A stretch of DNA of 43,104 nt from an uncultured Actinomycetes bacterium (GTDB lineage Bacteria; Actinomycetota; Thermoleophilia; UBA2241): NCBI GenBank assembly GCA_963767005.1, contig CAVYCN010000017.1, positions 1-43,104 on the forward strand, given 5' to 3'. Under the pieces are notes generated by a model that searched no databases, was not told the origin of the DNA, and was given only the letters and a program-made list of their open reading frames with translations. Below, piece after piece: positions 37,366 through 43,104 of this stretch; position 1 is the first letter of the stretch, and each line of letters opens with the position of its first letter. Made by a program: the position numbers and the translations under genes.

Positions 37366-38592
37366 ATGGCAGACCGGGCCCTCATCGACGACCTCTCCGT
37401 CGGCACCGTCGACGTGCTGCCCGACGGCGTGCTCGCCGCCAAGCTCGACGCCGCCGCACGCGAGGGTCGCTGCCTGCGCATCAAGCTGGGCGTCGACCCG
37501 ACCGCTCCCGACCTTCACCTGGGCCACACGGTCGTGCTCAACAAGCTGCGCCAGTTCCAGGACGCGGGGCACGTCGCGGTGCTCATCATCGGCGACTACA
37601 CGGCCCGCATCGGCGACCCCTCGGGCCTGTCCAAGACGCGGCCCCGGCTCGACCCCGCCGTGATCGACGAGAACGCCCGCACCTATCAGGAGCAGGCCTT
37701 CCTGATCCTCGATCCCGACCCCGAACGGCTCGAGGTGCGCTTCAACGGCGAGTGGCTCGGGCCGCTCAGCATGGAGCAGCTCTTCGAGATCGCGGCGACG
37801 ACCACGGTGGCGCGCATCCTCGAGCGCGACGACTTCGAGAAGCGCTTCCACGCCCACCAGCCGATCTCGATGCTCGAGATGCTCTACCCGCTGGCGCAGG
37901 GCTACGACTCGGTCGCCGTGCGCTCCGACATCGAGCTCGGCGGCACCGAGCAGAAGTTCAACCTCTTCATGGGGCGCGACCTGCAGCAGTACTTCGGCCA
38001 GGAGCCCCAGGGCATCATGACGGTCGACATCCTGCCCGGCACCGACGGCGTCGAGCGCATGAGCAAGTCGCTCGGCAACTACGTCGGGGTGAGCGAGGAC
38101 CCGCGCGACGTCTACGGCAAGCTCATGAGCATCCCCGACGAGGGCATCCTCACCTACTTCCGGCTGCTCACGCCGCACCACGCGAGCGAGATCGCCGGCT
38201 TCGAGGCCGGCCTCTCGTCCGGCGAGATCAACCCGCGCGACCTCAAGGCGCGCCTTGCCCGCGAGATCATCGGGCGGCTGCGCGGCGAGGCCGCCGCGAC
38301 CGAGGCCGAGGAGCACTTCGACCGCGTCTTCCGGCGTCACGAGGCGGCCGCCGACGTGCAGACCCTCTCGCTCGAGCCGGCCGACGTCGCCGACGGCGCC
38401 GTCTTTCTGCCGGCCGTCATGGAACGCTGGTTCGGCATCACTCGCTCCGAGGCGCGGCGGCGCATCGTGCAGGGCGGCGTCACGTTGAACGGGGCGCCGG
38501 TGGGCGAGCTCTCGGTGCCGCTCGCCGACCTCGCCGGCGCGCACGTCAAGGCCGGCAAGTCGGCCGGCTTCCAGGGCGTCGTCGCGGGCTAG
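37366..38592 (+). CDS. tyrS: Tyrosine--tRNA ligase
   Basis: GVDPTAPDLHLGH, IGDPSG, YPLAQGYDS, RMSKS, S4-like C-terminus. Confidence 0.97.
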   Translation: MADRALIDDLSVGTVDVLPDGVLAAKLDAAAREGRCLRIKLGVDPTAPDLHLGHTVVLNKLRQFQDAGHVAVLIIGDYTARIGDPSGLSKTRPRLDPAVIDENARTYQEQAFLILDPDPERLEVRFNGEWLGPLSMEQLFEIAATTTVARILERDDFEKRFHAHQPISMLEMLYPLAQGYDSVAVRSDIELGGTEQKFNLFMGRDLQQYFGQEPQGIMTVDILPGTDGVERMSKSLGNYVGVSEDPRDVYGKLMSIPDEGILTYFRLLTPHHASEIAGFEAGLSSGEINPRDLKARLAREIIGRLRGEAAATEAEEHFDRVFRRHEAAADVQTLSLEPADVADGAVFLPAVMERWFGITRSEARRRIVQGGVTLNGAPVGELSVPLADLAGAHVKAGKSAGFQGVVAG

Positions 38593-38631
38593 ATTCGGCG
38601 CGCCGGCCGGTCAGCGAGGCGCGCCGGCGCC

Positions 38632-39627
38632 CTACAGGTTGTAGATGTCGGTCTTGTAGCCGGCCAGGCCGCGCTCGCGAAACCAGGCGACGGTGCGCGC
38701 CAGGCCGTCGTCGAGCGACACCTCGGGCGCCCAGCCGGTGAGCGAGCGCATGAGACTCGCGTCGCACAGCAGGCGCTCGACCTCGCTGCGCTCGGGGCGC
38801 AGGCGCTGCTCGTCGGTCGTGACACGGGCGGCGGGGTCGACCAGGGCGATCAGCCGCAGCGCGAGCTCGCCGATCGAGATCTCGGCCCCCGACCCCATGT
38901 TGACCTCGCGGCCCACGGCCGCGTCGCAGGCGGCGAGCGCCAGAAAGCCGCGGCAGGTGTCGGCCACGAAGGTGAGGTCGCGGGTGGGGGAGAGCGCGCC
39001 CAGGTGGATCTCGGTGCGGCCGGCCAGGAGCTGTGTGACGATCGTCGGGATGACGGCTCGCGCCGACTGGCGCGGGCCGTAGGTGTTGAACGGCCGGGCG
39101 ATCACGACCGGCAGCTCGAACGAGCGCGCGAAGGCCTCGGCCAGCCGGTCGGCCCCGATCTTGGTCGCCGAGTAGGGCGACTGACCCTGCATGGGGTGGG
39201 CCTCGTCGATCGGCACGTAGCGGGCGGTGCCGTAGACCTCGGAGGTCGAGGTGACGACGATGCGCGCGACGCGGGCGTCGCGCGCCGCCTGCAGCACGTT
39301 CAGCGTGCCGCGGACGTTGGTGTCGACGTACGAGTCGGGCGAGTGGTACGAGAAGGGGATGGCGATGAGCGCGGCCAGGTGAAAGACGACCTCGACGTCG
39401 CGCATCGCGGTGCGCACGCCGTTGGGGTCGCGCACGTCGCCGGCGAACACGTCGAGACGGGCGCGCACGTCGTCGGGCAGCGTGTCGAGCCAGCCCCACG
39501 AGTTGAACGAGTTGTAGAAGACGAAGGCGCGCACCGAGCAGCCGGCGGCGAGCAGCGCCTCGGTCAGATGACTGCCGATGAAGCCGTCCGCGCCGGTGAT
39601 CAGCACGCGCTTGCCGGTGAGCTCCAT
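38632..39627 (-). CDS. NAD-dependent nucleotide-sugar 4,6-dehydratase (LegB-like)
   Basis: TGADGFIGSH, YNSFNSWGWLD, HLAALIAIPFSY, TSTSEVYG, QSPYSATK, RPFNTYGPRQS. Confidence 0.92.
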   Translation of the reverse strand: MELTGKRVLITGADGFIGSHLTEALLAAGCSVRAFVFYNSFNSWGWLDTLPDDVRARLDVFAGDVRDPNGVRTAMRDVEVVFHLAALIAIPFSYHSPDSYVDTNVRGTLNVLQAARDARVARIVVTSTSEVYGTARYVPIDEAHPMQGQSPYSATKIGADRLAEAFARSFELPVVIARPFNTYGPRQSARAVIPTIVTQLLAGRTEIHLGALSPTRDLTFVADTCRGFLALAACDAAVGREVNMGSGAEISIGELALRLIALVDPAARVTTDEQRLRPERSEVERLLCDASLMRSLTGWAPEVSLDDGLARTVAWFRERGLAGYKTDIYNL

Positions 39628-39676
39628 GAGTCCCTCTTGGGTGGACGATGCGGCCGCTGGCCCCGACGGCTGCATT

Positions 39677-40801
39677 CTACGCGAAGCGCCGCCCGGCGCG
39701 TCCGCGCCGGGCGGCCGTCACCAGCATCGCCTCCCAGCGCGGCAGGTTGACGGCACGGTCGCCGCGCTCCTCGACGAGGCGGCGGTTGGGCTCGGCACAG
39801 GCGCCCTCGGCGGCGAGCCGCAGGCCGCGCGCGAGGCCGGCGGCCAGGCCTTCGGGCGAGACGTCGCCGACCAGCACGCCGCGTCCCTCGGCGATCCACT
39901 CGCGCATGCTGGGGATGTCGGCGGTCACCGGCAGGGCGCCGGCCGCCATCGCCTCGAGCAGCGACAGCGGCGCGCCGTCGCTCGGCGGGATCGACACCCA
40001 GACCGCGGCTTGGCGCAGGCGCTCGGCGAGCTCCTCGTCTGTCACGCGGCCGAGGAAGGCGACGCGGTCGGCCACCTCGAGCACCCCGGCGACGGCGCCC
40101 AGGCGGGCCGCCTCGGCCTGGTCGGCGCCGGTCAGCTCGAGCCGCGCGTCGGGCGCGGCGGCGAGCAGGTGGGGCAGGGCGCGCACCACGGTCTCGATGC
40201 GATAGAAGGCGCCCAGGCCGCGGGTCGAGATCACCACGACGCCGCGACGCGGCGCCGGCGCGAACGAGTAGAAGCCGACGTCGATGCCGTACTGGAAGGT
40301 CTGGATGACGGCCGGGTCGGCGCCCAGTCGCACGAGCTCGGCGGTCATCTGCTCCGAGACGGAGTGGATCGCCGCCGCGCGGGCCAGCACGCGCGGCATG
40401 AGCCGCCGTGCCCACCAGGAACGCTCCTCGAGGCGCAGCACGTCGGAGCCCCAGAAGTCGAGCACGAGAGGGCCGCGCCACAGCAGCGCGGCCAGCAGCC
40501 CGTCGGGGGTGACCTGCATGACGTCGAGCACGTCGAAGCGGCCGCGCGCCAGCGTCGCGGCGATGGTTGCGAGCTTGGGCAGCAGGCGCACGCCGCGCGG
40601 CAGCCGGGCCGCCAGGCGACGGTGCCGGGCGAAGTCGACGACGGCGACCGGCGCGTCGACCCGGGGCGCGTTGGTCAGGCAGGTCACGTGGTGGCCGCGT
40701 CCGGCCAGGAAGCGCACGTAGGTGAGATAGTGCACGCTCGTGGGCGTGAGCCCGAAGACGGCGACGCGCAGGGGCGTCGGGCTGCCGCCGGATGCGCTCA
40801 C
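39677..40801 (-). CDS. GT4-family glycosyltransferase
   Basis: FWGSDV, YGID, STRGL, FLGRV, SDGAPLSLLEAMAAG; start GTG 40801 inferred. Confidence 0.88.
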   Translation of the reverse strand: MSASGGSPTPLRVAVFGLTPTSVHYLTYVRFLAGRGHHVTCLTNAPRVDAPVAVVDFARHRRLAARLPRGVRLLPKLATIAATLARGRFDVLDVMQVTPDGLLAALLWRGPLVLDFWGSDVLRLEERSWWARRLMPRVLARAAAIHSVSEQMTAELVRLGADPAVIQTFQYGIDVGFYSFAPAPRRGVVVISTRGLGAFYRIETVVRALPHLLAAAPDARLELTGADQAEAARLGAVAGVLEVADRVAFLGRVTDEELAERLRQAAVWVSIPPSDGAPLSLLEAMAAGALPVTADIPSMREWIAEGRGVLVGDVSPEGLAAGLARGLRLAAEGACAEPNRRLVEERGDRAVNLPRWEAMLVTAARRGRAGRRFA

Positions 40802-40823
40802 GTCGCCGCTCGCGCCGGACGCG

Positions 40824-41738
40824 TCACGCGGCCGCTCCGGCGGTGCGCGCCAGGATGGCGTCGAGGTCGTAGGCCGGCCGCCACCCCAGCGCGCGCAGAC
40901 GGCCCGGGTCGCCAATCGACACGGTGCCGGCCGCCCGGGGCGCGGCGAGCTCGAGGTCGATGGGCCGGTCCCAGACGCGGGCGGCGCGCTCGACGAGCGT
41001 GGCGATCGCCACGCCCTCGCCGCGACAGACGTTGTAGACGCCGCCGCGGGCACCGGCGACGGCGAGTGTGACGAGCGCGCCGGCGACGTCGTCGACGTCG
41101 ACGAAGTCGCGCACCGAGGCGGTCTCCAGGAGCTGAACGCACGCCCGCGCGCGAGGCGGCACGGCGAGGATCTGCCGGGCGAGCTCGTAGGTCACGGAGC
41201 CCGGCGGCTCGCCGGGGCCGGCGACGTTGAAGGTGCGCGCCACGCAGACCGCCGGACCGTCGCCCGCGGCGAAGCCCAGGGCGACCTGCTCGGCGGCGAG
41301 CTTGGAGACACCGTAGTGAGAGGCTGGGGCGAGCGGCGCGTCCTCGGCGACGGGTGGTGGGGCGGCGCGGTCGTACACCGCGGCCGAGCTCACCAGGACG
41401 ACGCGCGCCGCGGGCGCGGCCAGGCGCGCCGCCTGCAGCACGCGCCAGACGGCGCCGACGTTGGCGTCGTAGAGCGTCTCGAGGTCGGGGGCGCCGGCGA
41501 AGCGGCCGTTGTGGCCGGCGCAGTGCACGATCGCGTCGGGCCGGGCGTCGGCGAGCGCGGCGGCCAGGCTGGCCGCGCTCGTCCAGTCGGCCTCGGCGAT
41601 CCGGGCGCCGGCCAGCGCCGGCCGCGGCTCGCAGGCGCGCACCAGGCCGACGACGTCGGCGCCGGCCTTCAGGCCGGCGCCGAGCACCCGCGAGCCCAGA
41701 AAGCCGGCGGCGCCGGTCACGACGAGCCTCTCAGCCAT
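40824..41738 (-). CDS. NAD-dependent epimerase/reductase (Rmd-like SDR)
   Basis: TGAAGFLG, VSSAAVY, YGVSK, RTFNVAGPG, RDFVDVDDVA. Confidence 0.88.
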   Translation of the reverse strand: MAERLVVTGAAGFLGSRVLGAGLKAGADVVGLVRACEPRPALAGARIAEADWTSAASLAAALADARPDAIVHCAGHNGRFAGAPDLETLYDANVGAVWRVLQAARLAAPAARVVLVSSAAVYDRAAPPPVAEDAPLAPASHYGVSKLAAEQVALGFAAGDGPAVCVARTFNVAGPGEPPGSVTYELARQILAVPPRARACVQLLETASVRDFVDVDDVAGALVTLAVAGARGGVYNVCRGEGVAIATLVERAARVWDRPIDLELAAPRAAGTVSIGDPGRLRALGWRPAYDLDAILARTAGAAA

Positions 41739-42459
41739 CTACGGGGGTGTCCTCGCCGAGGAACTCGGTGCGGTGCGCGGCGAACTCGGCGGCGGCCGCG
41801 GCAAAGTCGTCGTGACGGCCGACGTCGAGCCAGTAGCCGGCGAAGGGCGCCGCCCGCACGTGCTCGCCGGCGTGTACGAGGTCGAGCAGCAGGTCGGGCA
41901 TGTCGAGCCGCGCGCCCGGCGTGATGCGACCAAGGACGGCGGGGGAGAGAGCGTTCACGCCCATGCTGACCGAGTAGACGCGCTCGGGCTTTTCGAGGTA
42001 GTCGACCACCCGGTCGCCCTCGGTCTCGACGATGCCGAAGTCGACCGTGTGGCGGCGTTCGAAGGTCGCCACGGTGGCCGCGGCCCCCGAGGCGACGTGC
42101 TCGTCGAGGAAGCGGCCGTAGTCGAGCGTGGTGAGGATGTCGCCGTTCATCACGAGGAAGGGCTCGTCGAGGCCCTCGATCAGCGCGAGCGGGCCGGCCG
42201 TGCCGAGCGGGCCGTCCTCGCGCGAGTAGCGCAGGTTCAGGCCGAAGCGCTCGCCGTCGCCGCAGTACGACTCGATCAGCTCCGCGAGGTAGCCCACGGC
42301 CAGCGTGGCGTCGGCGAAGCCGCAGCGCGCGAGCTGACGCAGCACGATCTCGAGGATGGGCGTCTCGCCGAGCGGCATGAGCGGCTTGGGGAAGACCAGC
42401 GTGTACGGCGCGAGCCGGGTACCCCGGCCGCCGGCGAGGATGACGGCTTGTCGTGCCAC
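41731..42459 (-). CDS. Sugar-phosphate nucleotidyltransferase
   Basis: AVILAGGRGTRLAPYT, PKPL, PLGTAG, MNGDIL, EKP, WLDVG; GGGGGAG SD before GTG 42459. Confidence 0.93.
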   Translation of the reverse strand: MARQAVILAGGRGTRLAPYTLVFPKPLMPLGETPILEIVLRQLARCGFADATLAVGYLAELIESYCGDGERFGLNLRYSREDGPLGTAGPLALIEGLDEPFLVMNGDILTTLDYGRFLDEHVASGAAATVATFERRHTVDFGIVETEGDRVVDYLEKPERVYSVSMGVNALSPAVLGRITPGARLDMPDLLLDLVHAGEHVRAAPFAGYWLDVGRHDDFAAAAAEFAAHRTEFLGEDTPVDG

Positions 42460-42723
42460 GTGGCTCCCCCGTGTCGGTCGAGCGCCGCCGCCGGCGCTGC
42501 TCGGCCGCTGTCGTTGCCGGTCTCGTCCGCCTCTCGCGCGCGACACACGCCGTGAATGGGGCGTCGCGCGCTCGAGCGGGCATCGCGGCGGGCCTGCGGC
42601 CCGCCGCGTCGGCGCCCATGCTACACCATGGCGCGGGGCCTCGGACGAGGCTCGACGGACACGCGCCGAAGAACGGAGGCGGCGCTCCCGGCGGCGCAGG
42701 GCGACGGGTGCCCGATGGACCTC

Positions 42724-42819
42724 GCCGCCCCCTGCCGGACGGCCGCCGCCGCCCCCTGCCGGGCGGCCGCCGCCGCCCCCTACGGGACGACCGTCGCCGT
42801 CACGTACCGGACGGCTGCG
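42724..42819. repeat. Degenerate 24-bp tandem repeat (4 copies)
   Basis: GCCGCCCCCTGCCGGACGGCCGCC-like units at 42724, 42748, 42772, 42796 with increasing divergence. Confidence 0.75.
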
Positions 42820-42839
42820 GCCGCCCTCGGTTTCACAGG

Positions 42840-42953
42840 TTGACACCGGGCTCGAAGCGGGTATACTTCCGCTCCGCCCTTGACGTCCTCTGGCGCGCTG
42901 CGTCACGACAGGAGGGCAGGGTCGTTGACAGTGGACCTCGAGCGTCGTATCAT
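42840..42953 (+). promoter_or_regulatory. Tandem strong sigmaA promoters; probable rRNA operon P1/P2
   Basis: TTGACA(42840)-16-TATACT(42862) and TTGACA(42925)-17-TATCAT(42948); followed by hairpin-rich non-coding sequence to the window end. Confidence 0.75.
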
Positions 42954-43104
42954 CGACTGCCGCTCGAGGTCGTAAGCGGCCTCGACAACGCTCTCACCTT
43001 CCTTCGTGTGGCGTCGTTCGTGCCCCTCCTTCGTTGAGAGGTTCGGCGTTCGCCCGACGGGGAACCAGAGGCGTCGGGGCCCACGAGCGGCGACCTGCAC
43101 CAGT

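Noticed and set aside
37936-37965. TyrS GGTEQ in place of the usual GGxDQ, and RMSKS in place of KMSKS
   Set aside because: Conservative substitutions; the tyrosine-binding motifs are otherwise normal
42724-42819. 24-bp and 36-bp repeats as CRISPR arrays
   Set aside because: Head-to-tail with no unique spacers, and no cas genes
42960-43104. tRNA or rRNA gene at the window end
   Set aside because: No cloverleaf and no 16S 5' signature (AGAGTTTGATC) within the window

Overview
A very GC-rich bacterial chromosome segment. Gene content and order suggest a deep-branching actinobacterium such as Thermoleophilia (inference). The backbone is the conserved housekeeping run thrS ... infC-rpmI-rplT-trmH-pheST-argCJB-argR-argG-argH ... 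mpg ... tyrS. It ends in tandem sigmaA-type promoters that probably drive an rRNA operon beyond the window edge. About 13 kb of accessory genes separate thrS from infC: a small J-domain protein, an 8-repeat TPR protein, an orphan GrpE, a Phd/PIN toxin-antitoxin pair, an iron-sulfur flavoprotein, a pilin-like membrane protein, an FAD oxidoreductase, a methyltransferase, GNAT, NUDIX and an APC permease. A four-gene nucleotide-sugar/glycosyltransferase cassette lies after tyrS. The best candidates for new biology are (1) an unannotated 38-codon Arg-rich leader ORF just behind the argC promoter and followed by a C-rich spacer, a possible arginine-sensing attenuator; (2) a DnaK-less J-domain/TPR/GrpE module next to a TA pair; and (3) a Firmicutes-type L20 leader attenuator before infC. 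I saw no tRNA, rRNA, CRISPR array, integrase or transposase. All calls come from motif reading by eye; no searches or folding programs were run.
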